DNA of 17,984 bases from a virus (IMGVR_UViG_3300020576_002769:1-17984); one strand, 5' to 3'; counted from the stretch's first letter, positions 1 through 6,753 are shown. Notes: generated by a model not told the origin, from the letters alone. Numbers and translations: made by a program.

Positions 1-773
1 GTCAAACCTATAGTACCACCATTTATTCGTTTTGTTAATTGAGTTACAACATCAGTTGTTGCTCCCTTATCACAAATAAACCATAATTTATTTGACTCGA
101 AAAAGAACGCAGCTGATGCTAATTGATATTTTGTGGCAACTAAATCAGGATTACTAATTAAATCCACACCTAAAAAATCACCCAATTTTTTATAATTCTC
201 TTTACCTGTGGTTTGTAATGCTCCTCTTCCACGAAATTTATAACCTTCTTTTGTTGATTCATCACCATTACCCATTCTTCCACCATAAACCTTTGAGGCA
301 ATCTTTTCAGGTTGTCTAGCATAACTTTCGGCTAAATTACCGGGGAAATATTTTGGAAATATTTTTTTAAGACCATCCGCAGAATAATTCAAATTTTCTT
401 GAAATACCTTAAACCCACCTGATTCGTGGTTGCATTGGGATAAGAAATGTGCTAATCTTAATTGAGTGTTTATTTTGAATTTTTCTGCAACCTCAGGAAT
501 CTGAGCGATAACTGAATCCGGAACGTGTCCTTTTAATTTTTCTAATTTTAATTGACCATCTGTTGGAATTACAACGTCTTCTTTAATAACAGAACCAAAC
601 ATTTTTTTCCAAGTACCGTCACCAACAATTCCATCAGCGGTTAATCCATTTTTGGTTTGCCATTCTTTAACCAATTTTTCTGTACCAGGTCCGAACACAC
701 CATCCGCCGTCGTTCCTAATTTTGTTTGTAGTTTTTTAACATCGTCACCTTTTGACCCTACCTTTAGTATCAT
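1..773 (-). CDS. Endolysin: N-terminal peptidoglycan-binding domain (PG_binding_1) + glycoside hydrolase family 19 domain; 3' end outside window
   Basis: Manual translation from ATG at 773: MILKVGSKGDDVKKLQTKLGTTADGVFGPGTEKLVKEWQTKNGLTADGIVGDGTW (PG-binding), then LAHFLSQCNHESGGF, ENLNYSA, GYKFRGRGALQTTGKENY, VTQLTKRINGG (GH19 motifs). The frame is open to the window edge. Not in the supplied ORF track. Confidence 0.93.
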   Translation of the reverse strand, partial: MILKVGSKGDDVKKLQTKLGTTADGVFGPGTEKLVKEWQTKNGLTADGIVGDGTWKKMFGSVIKEDVVIPTDGQLKLEKLKGHVPDSVIAQIPEVAEKFKINTQLRLAHFLSQCNHESGGFKVFQENLNYSADGLKKIFPKYFPGNLAESYARQPEKIASKVYGGRMGNGDESTKEGYKFRGRGALQTTGKENYKKLGDFLGVDLISNPDLVATKYQLASAAFFFESNKLWFICDKGATTDVVTQLTKRINGGTIGL

Positions 774-839
774 AAAAAAAAATATTTATAAGTTTATCAC
801 CTATAAATATTTCTTACTCTTAATTTATTTACTCGTAAA

Positions 840-1265
840 TTAATTTATACTATCTAAAGTTTGTTTAGTTGAAGTTGAATCGATAGTCTCAACACTTTGA
901 ACATCCGATTTAGTTTTTATTGTTTTTTTCTCTCTACCCCAAAAACTTTTTTTAGTTTCAATAAATACAGTATCAATTCTCACCTTTTGTTTAGATACTT
1001 TTAATTCTCTTGATAATTGTAGTTTTTCAATTTTCAATTTCTCAACAGTGTTGTTTAAATATTTAATTTTAGTTATAACTTTACCTACTTTTTCTTGTGT
1101 AATTGAATCACTTACTCGTTGTACCGTATCACAAACTTTGATATTATTAACACTATTAACCAATACTGAATCTGAACTATTAACTAAATTATCACTCGTT
1201 TTATTACTTTCCTTGGGTGAACAAGAAATCAATAAAACAAACATAATAAGTAATATTTTTTTCAT
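840..1265 (-). CDS. Lipoprotein with coiled-coil segment, putative o-spanin
   Basis: MKK + hydrophobic stretch + lipobox-like LISC (Cys15); heptad segment KIKYLNNTVEKLKIEKLQLSRELK; lies immediately upstream of the endolysin. Spanin role is inferred from architecture and context. Confidence 0.55.
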   Translation of the reverse strand: MKKILLIMFVLLISCSPKESNKTSDNLVNSSDSVLVNSVNNIKVCDTVQRVSDSITQEKVGKVITKIKYLNNTVEKLKIEKLQLSRELKVSKQKVRIDTVFIETKKSFWGREKKTIKTKSDVQSVETIDSTSTKQTLDSIN

Positions 1266-1268
1266 ACT

Positions 1269-1571
1269 TTATTTTATTTTACCTAATTCTTGTAGAACTT
1301 TTATTTTTGATGTTGCCGCGGATAAATCACTATCGGATTTTCTCAACTGAAGTGTTAATTGGTCAACTTTAACCTCTAACAATTCAATTTTTTTATTTTG
1401 ACCCTCTTGAATTTCTTTATTTGATAATTTAATATCAACATAAAGATACCCTATCGCCAATAATACGATGAATAGTAATCCTTTTACCGGGTCTTTTGAA
1501 AATTATTTAAAACTAATTGGTGATTTGATATCACCTACCTCCGAATCAACCGCTGTTTTTCTTCCTGCCAT
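1269..1571 (-). pseudogene. Single-TM coiled-coil protein (i-spanin-like) interrupted by in-frame TAA at 1503-1505
   Basis: ATG at 1571 reads MAGRKTAVDSEVGDIKSPISFK*FSKDPVKGLLFIVLLAIGYLYVDIKLSNKEIQEGQNKKIELLEVKVDQLTLQLRKSDSDL...GKIK in one frame. The ORF track starts inside the TM helix at a TTG (1460). Confidence 0.6.
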
Positions 1572-1651
1572 TTTTGTTTGTTTAAGATTATTAAGATTTA
1601 TTTTACTCTAATAATAAATATTCAAAAATGTTAATTAGAATCAATATTGTT

Positions 1652-1686
1652 AAAATAAAAAAGGTTACTTTTTTAGAGTAACCTTT
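1652..1686 (-). terminator. Intrinsic terminator
   Basis: 10-bp stem AAAGGTTACT/AGTAACCTTT followed on the minus strand by TTTATTTT; overlaps the stop codon of the 58-aa gene. Confidence 0.75.
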
Positions 1687-1841
1687 CTTGTGACTTTTTT
1701 TGTTTTAGGAACCGGTTTTTTATATTTTATTTCAACCTCGTATGGACCAAATGTTGTTTTTGATGTGTCATACTTCCATATAACAGTTTCATCCTCATCT
1801 TCGTAAACCTGTTCCCATTTTCTCCCTAATTCTTTTGCCAT
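1665..1841 (-). CDS. Hypothetical 58-aa protein (missed by ORF track)
   Basis: MAKELGRKWEQVYEDEDETVIWKYDTSKTTFGPYEVEIKYKKPVPKTKKVTRKVTLKK; its ATG overlaps the upstream stop codon (TAATG at 1843-1839). Confidence 0.8.
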   Translation of the reverse strand: MAKELGRKWEQVYEDEDETVIWKYDTSKTTFGPYEVEIKYKKPVPKTKKVTRKVTLKK

Positions 1842-2440
1842 TAGTATCCGTAATAAATTAATAAATCATTTTCCCAATCAAATTTTTTATAGATATATAC
1901 CAATTCAAAAATGGAATATTCATATTTCCAACTTGTAGTTATGTTGTCTTTTTTTTCTAAGTTGTATGGTAATGAATCTTCAAACCATCCGGACACTCCC
2001 CACTCTAAAGCCATACTCCTACAATGTTCAATACATTCCATAGCACCTTTTTTACTTTCAGGAGAATCTAACGATTTAATATCAAATCGTCCATTATCAT
2101 CTAAGAATGATTTTAACATACTAGAATAATACGATTTTACTTTTTGACTATAATGTTTAATAATCAACTCTAAAAATTCCTTACCTACAATGTGAAAATC
2201 GTGGTCACCATTATAATATTCCTGTGTTTCAGTATTTCTGAAAAAAGGTGTGTAATATTTTTCATCATCAAACTCGGTATATTTCCCAAATTCATAAAGT
2301 TCTTCACAAATATCAGTCATACTAACCCATCCATCTTCCGGGTCTTCATCGTGTAGTTTATACAATTCCTCTTTTGATAAATCGGTAATTTTTTCCCATT
2401 CGGTTTTTGATATCTTAGCGATATATGTTCTGTATCCCAT
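1841..2440 (-). CDS. Hypothetical protein
   Basis: Long ORF, probable start MGYRTYIAK at 2440, downstream of a TAnnTTTG element. Confidence 0.85.
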   Translation of the reverse strand: MGYRTYIAKISKTEWEKITDLSKEELYKLHDEDPEDGWVSMTDICEELYEFGKYTEFDDEKYYTPFFRNTETQEYYNGDHDFHIVGKEFLELIIKHYSQKVKSYYSSMLKSFLDDNGRFDIKSLDSPESKKGAMECIEHCRSMALEWGVSGWFEDSLPYNLEKKDNITTSWKYEYSIFELVYIYKKFDWENDLLIYYGY

Positions 2441-2455
2441 ATTTTTTATTTTATA

Positions 2456-2486
2456 CAAAAATAGGTAAAAAAAATAAAACCCTCAA
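2456..2486 (-). promoter_or_regulatory. Bacteroidota-type sigma70 promoter (-33 TTG / -7 TAnnTTTG)
   Basis: Minus-strand TATTTTTG at 2463-2456, with TTG 20 nt upstream (2486-2484). Confidence 0.6.
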
Positions 2487-2497
2487 GTCCGAGGGTT
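2467..2497 (-). terminator. Intrinsic terminator after AsnRS-like gene
   Basis: Stem AACCCTC/GAGGGTT, 6-nt loop, followed by a T-rich tract on the minus strand. Confidence 0.75.
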
Positions 2498-2502
2498 AAA
2501 TT

Positions 2503-3315
2503 TTATTTTTGAATCATCTGATAAGCTCTTGCCATTCTCGTCATTCCAATTCCACCACCAAATCTTGGGAAGAAATCGTGAGACAAAAATTCTTCAAGTT
2601 CTTTTTCAACTCTATCTTTACCGAATAATTCAAATAATTTTTCACAATATTTACCATCCTCAATTGAATAGAACATTTCTCTCATTTTTTCAACATCACA
2701 ACTTCTTTCCGCAGACCCAATAGTTTCTTGACCGAATAATATCACATCAACCTTATTGAATATCTCACCGTTATTGTGTTTCATATTCCAAAATGGATTT
2801 GTTCTTCTTGGGAAATATTGTAAAGATATGTTATGTCCTTTTTCTTCCCACATTCTAGTTTCGTGTTCGTTTTCTAAAATCGGAACTCCACCATATTCCT
2901 CACACACCTCATCATATTTAACTTCCACCGGTGTTCCAAACCCAAGGTATTCAAGTAAATCCTGTTCCAATTTCAACATAGTATTAATATCACCTTTGGA
3001 TTCAAATTCAAACATTGGGAAGATTAATTCGTGACGACCCGGGATTGGGTTTTTCTCTTCTCTATATGAAGTTGATATACAAAACACACCATCCCATTCA
3101 GGATTCTGTAATAACTCATATTCCAACCACATCTGACCGGTTTGTGGTAACGGCCAAATTTCACCACTATACTCAAATGTTTTAACTGAGTGTGGATTTT
3201 CGCAAGCAGCTAAGATTGATAATCTACTTTGTGTAGGGACTTCCTTGAAGTTTCTTTCAAGGAAAAATGTTCTCATTTTTTGTACCAATTCGTGGTAAGT
3301 TTTTGTGTCTCTCAT
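2503..3315 (-). CDS. Class II aaRS catalytic-core-only protein (Asp/Asn/Lys subclass), probable ammonia-dependent asparagine synthetase of the truncated-AsnRS type
   Basis: Motif 1 FFLERNFKEVPTQS, LPQTGQMWLE, motif 2 YREEKNPIPGRHELIFPMFEFE, ETIGSAER, motif 3 RFGGGIGMTRM. 270 aa with no N-terminal anticodon-binding OB fold. Confidence 0.8.
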   Translation of the reverse strand: MRDTKTYHELVQKMRTFFLERNFKEVPTQSRLSILAACENPHSVKTFEYSGEIWPLPQTGQMWLEYELLQNPEWDGVFCISTSYREEKNPIPGRHELIFPMFEFESKGDINTMLKLEQDLLEYLGFGTPVEVKYDEVCEEYGGVPILENEHETRMWEEKGHNISLQYFPRRTNPFWNMKHNNGEIFNKVDVILFGQETIGSAERSCDVEKMREMFYSIEDGKYCEKLFELFGKDRVEKELEEFLSHDFFPRFGGGIGMTRMARAYQMIQK

Positions 3316-3351
3316 AGTTTTATATTTAATTTTAATTGTTTACGTATGGGC

Positions 3352-3382
3352 AAAAAAAATCCCTTCAATAGAGAAGGGATTT
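3352..3382 (-). terminator. Terminator hairpin in the 5' leader of the AsnRS-like gene (attenuator candidate)
   Basis: Perfect 10-bp stem AAATCCCTTC/GAAGGGATTT, loop TCTATT, then a T-tract. Lies between the leader ORF and the ATG at 3315. Confidence 0.85.
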
Positions 3383-3387
3383 ACTTT

Positions 3388-3432
3388 TTAAGTAATATTA
3401 TTGTTTGGCGTGTATAATTCATATCGTTTCAT
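3388..3432 (-). CDS. Putative leader peptide MKRYELYTPNNNIT (14 aa, three tandem Asn codons)
   Basis: ATG AAA CGA TAT GAA TTA TAC ACG CCA AAC AAT AAT ATT ACT TAA. ATG lies 5 nt after a TATTTAT motif; the stop lies 5 nt before the terminator stem. Confidence 0.7.
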   Translation of the reverse strand: MKRYELYTPNNNIT

Positions 3433-3507
3433 TGGTAATAAATATACTATATTAAGATAAAAAATCAAGATGTTTAATAATTTTATTTTTGAGTTATATT
3501 TATTGAT

Positions 3508-3744
3508 ATGAAGAAAGTAATTAAACTAACCGAATCTGATTTAGCTCGTATTGTAAAACGAGTTATTATGGAACAAGACCATTTTAAACCGGACCAATTA
3601 TATAGACGTGAGTCGGCAATTGCAAGAATTAAACGTGGTCCTAAATTTATTCACAAATACGCTAAAACTTTACCTAAATTAAAAAAGGAAGGTTCCGATG
3701 AAGTTTGGACTAAAATACCCCAAGTGGTTTGGCAAAATTGGTAA
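3508..3744 (+). CDS. Hypothetical protein with N-terminal MKKVIKLTESDLARIVKRVIMEQ motif
   Basis: ORF preceded by TATTTAT-TGAT-ATG; the N-terminus resembles a motif recurrent in large-phage proteins. Confidence 0.85.
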   Translation: MKKVIKLTESDLARIVKRVIMEQDHFKPDQLYRRESAIARIKRGPKFIHKYAKTLPKLKKEGSDEVWTKIPQVVWQNW

Positions 3745-3745
3745 T

Positions 3746-4390
3746 ATGAATTTTATTATAACTGAAAGTAAATTAGAAAAAACTATTATCCAATGGTTAA
3801 ATAAAAATTATGGCCATTTAAACTTATTTAAAAGTAAAAAACAATTTCAGTATATTTTTTTTATTAAAGATAAAAATGTGATTATTTTTTATGATACTGA
3901 AACCGAAGTATTATATGTTCCAAACGACCATATTGGTTATGTTTTAAAAGAAATGTTGGGTATTGAAAAATACTATGCCGAGTTATTAATTAATATATGG
4001 GTAACACAGAAATATAACATACACATAAAACAAGTTTCTTTTGGTAATTTCAAAAATTTACCTAAAATTAATGATTATGAACCCATTATAACTGAAGAAC
4101 AATATAAACGAATTGGTAGATACGAAACTTGTCCTACTCAGGTCACTTTTGAAGTTTTTACACGAATAACTGCTCGTTGGAAACAAAGAACAAGATGTGT
4201 TAGTGATGAGTTTTATCAATTAATACAAGAATATCAGGATAATAAATTCGAAAATAAGGCCATTCCGGAACAATTACGGGAATTAATTGAAGAATATTAT
4301 TATGAAACCTACTACCTCAATCCTGATGAATATGATATAAGTTTTATAACCGGAAATAAGATTAGTGTAAAAGTGAAACCCCACCGTTAA
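3746..4390 (+). CDS. Hypothetical protein (start MNFIITES), apparently two IITE-motif genes fused
   Basis: True start is probably the ATG at 3746, right after the upstream TAA. An internal copy of the start sequence sits at 4077 (atgaacccattataactgaa vs atgaattttattataactgaa) and is one base short. Confidence 0.7.
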   Translation: MNFIITESKLEKTIIQWLNKNYGHLNLFKSKKQFQYIFFIKDKNVIIFYDTETEVLYVPNDHIGYVLKEMLGIEKYYAELLINIWVTQKYNIHIKQVSFGNFKNLPKINDYEPIITEEQYKRIGRYETCPTQVTFEVFTRITARWKQRTRCVSDEFYQLIQEYQDNKFENKAIPEQLRELIEEYYYETYYLNPDEYDISFITGNKISVKVKPHR

Positions 4391-4403
4391 GATGGGGTTT
4401 TTT
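4376..4403. terminator. Bidirectional intrinsic terminator between convergent genes
   Basis: AAACCCCA/TGGGGTTT stem with T-tract. Confidence 0.8.
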
Positions 4404-4404
4404 G

Positions 4405-5106
4405 TTATAGAAACTCAACTTCGTTTGTTTCCGGGTTCCAATCGATGGTCATTGGTTTTTGAGTATAGATGTATCTTTCATCCAACACTGAACCGTTAAA
4501 GTGGTGAGTATCTCCTTTTCTAACGTATCCTCGACCAGTATGAATATGACCACAAAGATGTATTTTTGGATTAATTACTTGTAATCTTTCAGCCAATAAC
4601 TCACACCCTAAATTATCATATCTTCTACCATCTACAGTATCCAATATTCCAAATGCTGGTCCGTGAGTAAGTAAGATGTCAGTATCTTCAGGGATTGCTT
4701 CCCATTTACTCATTAATCCCGGTCCGTTTTTAGGTAAATTAAATGCCCAATCGTGAAACCAAGGTTGCCAAGGTGACCCGTAGATTTTCACTTCTCTTTC
4801 ATCACCAACTTTGATTACCAATTCACTATCCTGAAGGTATGTGATTCCGGAATAGAATTCTAAAATCTCTTTTACTTTCTCAACGTTTTCTTGGAATCCC
4901 CAATCGTGGTTTCCGGCAATGAATACCTTGTGAGTGTAACCTTCTATGTTGTTGAACCACTTACAGAACTCTCTGATTTCGTGTTCGTATCCCATAGATG
5001 TTAAATCTCCACTATGTATCAACAAATCACCTCCCGGTAAATCACCGGTTATTTGTTTGTGTTTGTTGTGTGTATCCGACAAAAGCGTCACTCTAATATT
5101 TCCCAT
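4405..5106 (-). CDS. Calcineurin-like metallophosphoesterase (MPPED/239FB-like)
   Basis: Motifs SDTH, HSGD, IAGNHD, LLTHGP, CGHIH. Confidence 0.93.
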   Translation of the reverse strand: MGNIRVTLLSDTHNKHKQITGDLPGGDLLIHSGDLTSMGYEHEIREFCKWFNNIEGYTHKVFIAGNHDWGFQENVEKVKEILEFYSGITYLQDSELVIKVGDEREVKIYGSPWQPWFHDWAFNLPKNGPGLMSKWEAIPEDTDILLTHGPAFGILDTVDGRRYDNLGCELLAERLQVINPKIHLCGHIHTGRGYVRKGDTHHFNGSVLDERYIYTQKPMTIDWNPETNEVEFL

Positions 5107-5109
5107 AAT

Positions 5110-5166
5110 TTATTTATTTTTACAATTTTCAAAATGCCATTGTTTCATAGCGTTCCCACCACCTTC
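5110..5166 (-). pseudogene. Remnant of a homing-endonuclease C-terminus
   Basis: Intergenic frame reads *EGGGNAMKQWHFENCKNK*, resembling the (CxxCGK)xGGxxxMKRWHFxNCK tail of many phage HNH/GIY-YIG endonucleases. Recognised by eye. Confidence 0.55.
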
Positions 5167-5216
5167 TTAATAGTTTGAGAATATTGAAAGTAGGTGGTTT
5201 CGTTAAAAAAGTTCGC

Positions 5217-5852
5217 TCAATCCCACCATTTTTCTATTTCCGACTCCATTATTTTGAATAACAACTTTCTTGCTCTATCGTGATTGATATACCCAATATT
5301 CATTGCAATTATTTGTTTATCATCTTCACGACCATCTCTATCAAAAATACCCTCACCATTCATTACTCTTTTGTAAATTAATGGGTATTTTTTGAAATAA
5401 TCGTCAAAATTTTCTTCTAATAATTTAGATTCCCAAGATGATAATGTTGGTCTATCAGGTACCGGTTCAAACCAATGTTTAGTTTTATGGTAATCTGAAT
5501 ATTCAGACGAATAAAACTCATCTTGAACCAATTTCATCAATTTCACACACAATCTCATTCGTTTAGCATCCAATTGTGCTCGTGTGTGTATGTCTCTACC
5601 ACCGATATATTCAGCTTGAGCCGATAATTTGTGTTTCATTATCTCAAAGATGTAATGACTATCCCAATTTCGGTCTTTCCATATGATTGGGAACCAATAA
5701 ATGAGGTTTTTAACACCTGTTTTAAACATTTTATGATAATACTTACCTTCGTGATTCCACCATAGAGGAATTAATTGTATTTTCCTAACAATCCAAGGTT
5801 TTTTAGCTCTTTCATCCGCCCATTGGTCAAATATGTCTTTTTCCGGTTCCAT
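5217..5852 (-). CDS. Hypothetical protein
   Basis: 211-aa ORF, Trp/aromatic-rich, ends at TGA. Confidence 0.88.
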   Translation of the reverse strand: MEPEKDIFDQWADERAKKPWIVRKIQLIPLWWNHEGKYYHKMFKTGVKNLIYWFPIIWKDRNWDSHYIFEIMKHKLSAQAEYIGGRDIHTRAQLDAKRMRLCVKLMKLVQDEFYSSEYSDYHKTKHWFEPVPDRPTLSSWESKLLEENFDDYFKKYPLIYKRVMNGEGIFDRDGREDDKQIIAMNIGYINHDRARKLLFKIMESEIEKWWD

Positions 5853-5853
5853 T

Positions 5854-6063
5854 TTATAGTATATTAATATTAAGTTGAGGTAAAAAGAATGAAATTATTA
5901 CTGAAAAAAGAAAACAGAACAAAGCTGAGAAATTAAACCCAACTGCCACATTTCTACAATCAATAGAATATCCAAATCTTCTTTCGGCGTGACCACTTCT
6001 AAAATACAAACTAACTAAGAATAAAACCCACCCGATAATCGTTAAAATAACTGAAATTTTCAT
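5854..6063 (-). CDS. Small membrane protein (two TM helices)
   Basis: Two hydrophobic segments flank a short polar loop; TATCTTTG element at 6090-6083 upstream. Confidence 0.75.
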   Translation of the reverse strand: MKISVILTIIGWVLFLVSLYFRSGHAERRFGYSIDCRNVAVGFNFSALFCFLFSVIISFFLPQLNINIL

Positions 6064-6082
6064 AATATATTTAATTTTGGGA

Positions 6083-6090
6083 CAAAGATA
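6083..6090 (-). promoter_or_regulatory. Bacteroidota-type -7 element TATCTTTG
   Basis: Matches TAnnTTTG about 20 nt before the ATG at 6063; no clear -33 element. Confidence 0.5.
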
Positions 6091-6106
6091 ACACTTATTT
6101 TTGAAT

Positions 6107-6147
6107 AAAAAAAGGAATTAGTGAAAAACTAACTCCTTTTTTTTTTT
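6107..6147 (-). terminator. Intrinsic terminator
   Basis: Minus-strand stem GGAGTTAGT/ACTAATTCC (a G-U pair works only on the minus strand) followed by a long T-run. Confidence 0.8.
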
Positions 6148-6226
6148 GGGGAAAGATATGTAGGCACTCAGATGTGAGTGATAGAACTTATAAATATATA
6201 CTAAAATGGAAAAAATTACCTCTAAA

Positions 6227-6452
6227 TCACATCATAGAGTGATTTTTTTCGATTTTTTCGATAATTTCAGTTTTTATACCTATAAAATCATACAAAAATG
6301 TGTTTTTTTGGTCTTCATTTAGTATCCCGTCCCATTTTTTTTATGAAAAAAGACAATATTTTATCAGACATATTAATATGCGATATCGTTTTTGACGATT
6401 TTAAGATTTTTACAACCCATTCATACTCATATTGAACACCAAAAACATCCAT
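6227..6452 (-). pseudogene. Hypothetical ~74-aa protein with a 1-nt frameshift in an A8 run (6335-6342)
   Basis: ATG at 6452 gives MDVFGVQYEYEWVVKILKSSKTISHINMSDKILSFFIKK then an early stop. Removing one A continues WDGILNEDQKNTFLYDFIGIKTEIIEKIEKNHSMM* and fills the gap. Confidence 0.6.
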
Positions 6453-6454
6453 AA

Positions 6455-6685
6455 TTACTTTTTACCCATCATTTTTGTCATTTGATTCAATTGTTTCATC
6501 ATTTCACCCATATCCGGGATTTGACCAAATGGATTTGGCGTTCCCGATTGTCCCATTGGTGACTTTTTTAAATCTAAAAAAGACTTAACAAGGTCTCTTC
6601 CATATTTATCCCACCATTTGTAGATTAATACCATTGTGGTAACTTGGACTAACACAAAAATTGTTAAGATTACATTTAAATACAT
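6455..6685 (-). CDS. Small protein with N-terminal TM helix and Met/Gly-rich tail
   Basis: Hydrophobic residues 3-23; a consensus sigma70 promoter lies immediately upstream. Confidence 0.82.
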   Translation of the reverse strand: MYLNVILTIFVLVQVTTMVLIYKWWDKYGRDLVKSFLDLKKSPMGQSGTPNPFGQIPDMGEMMKQLNQMTKMMGKK

Positions 6686-6700
6686 AATTTTTTTTTCTTA

Positions 6701-6729
6701 ATTATAGATTATCCAATTGGATATGTCAA
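6701..6729 (-). promoter_or_regulatory. Canonical sigma70-type promoter TTGACA-N17-TATAAT with palindromic spacer
   Basis: TTGACA 6729-6724, TATAAT 6706-6701; the spacer contains the perfect palindrome TATCCAATTGGATA (6710-6723). Confidence 0.7.
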
Positions 6730-6753
6730 ATTTTACTCGTATATTTATTAGAT

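Noticed and set aside
652-843. Plus-strand 63-aa ORF
   Set aside because: Antisense shadow of the endolysin 5' end.
1048-1350. Plus-strand 100-aa hydrophobic ORF
   Set aside because: Antisense shadow of the lipoprotein and spanin-like genes.
1911-3034. Plus-strand ORFs 1911-2129, 2529-2723 and 2756-3034
   Set aside because: They lie wholly opposite well-supported minus-strand genes.
3229-3417. Plus-strand 62-aa ORF across the leader region
   Set aside because: Antisense to the AsnRS-like start and leader; no start context and no recognisable protein features.
3382-3423. Alternative leader frame MNYTRQTIILLKK*
   Set aside because: It uses a second ATG away from the TATTTAT motif and has no amino-acid run related to the downstream enzyme. 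It is less likely than the NNN frame but not strictly excluded.
3698-3745. ORF-track N-terminal extension MKFGLKYPKW...
   Set aside because: It overlaps the upstream gene; the ATG at 3746 gives the motif-bearing start directly after the stop.
4946-5170. Plus-strand 74-aa ORF
   Set aside because: Antisense to the phosphoesterase and the endonuclease remnant.
6160-6185. Possible hammerhead ribozyme core (CTGAG)
   Set aside because: It lacks the CUGANGA/GAAA core and the three-stem geometry.
6241-6262. Short tandem GATTTTTT(T)C repeats
   Set aside because: Only 2-3 low-complexity units, encoding EKIEK in the frameshifted gene; not a CRISPR or iteron array.
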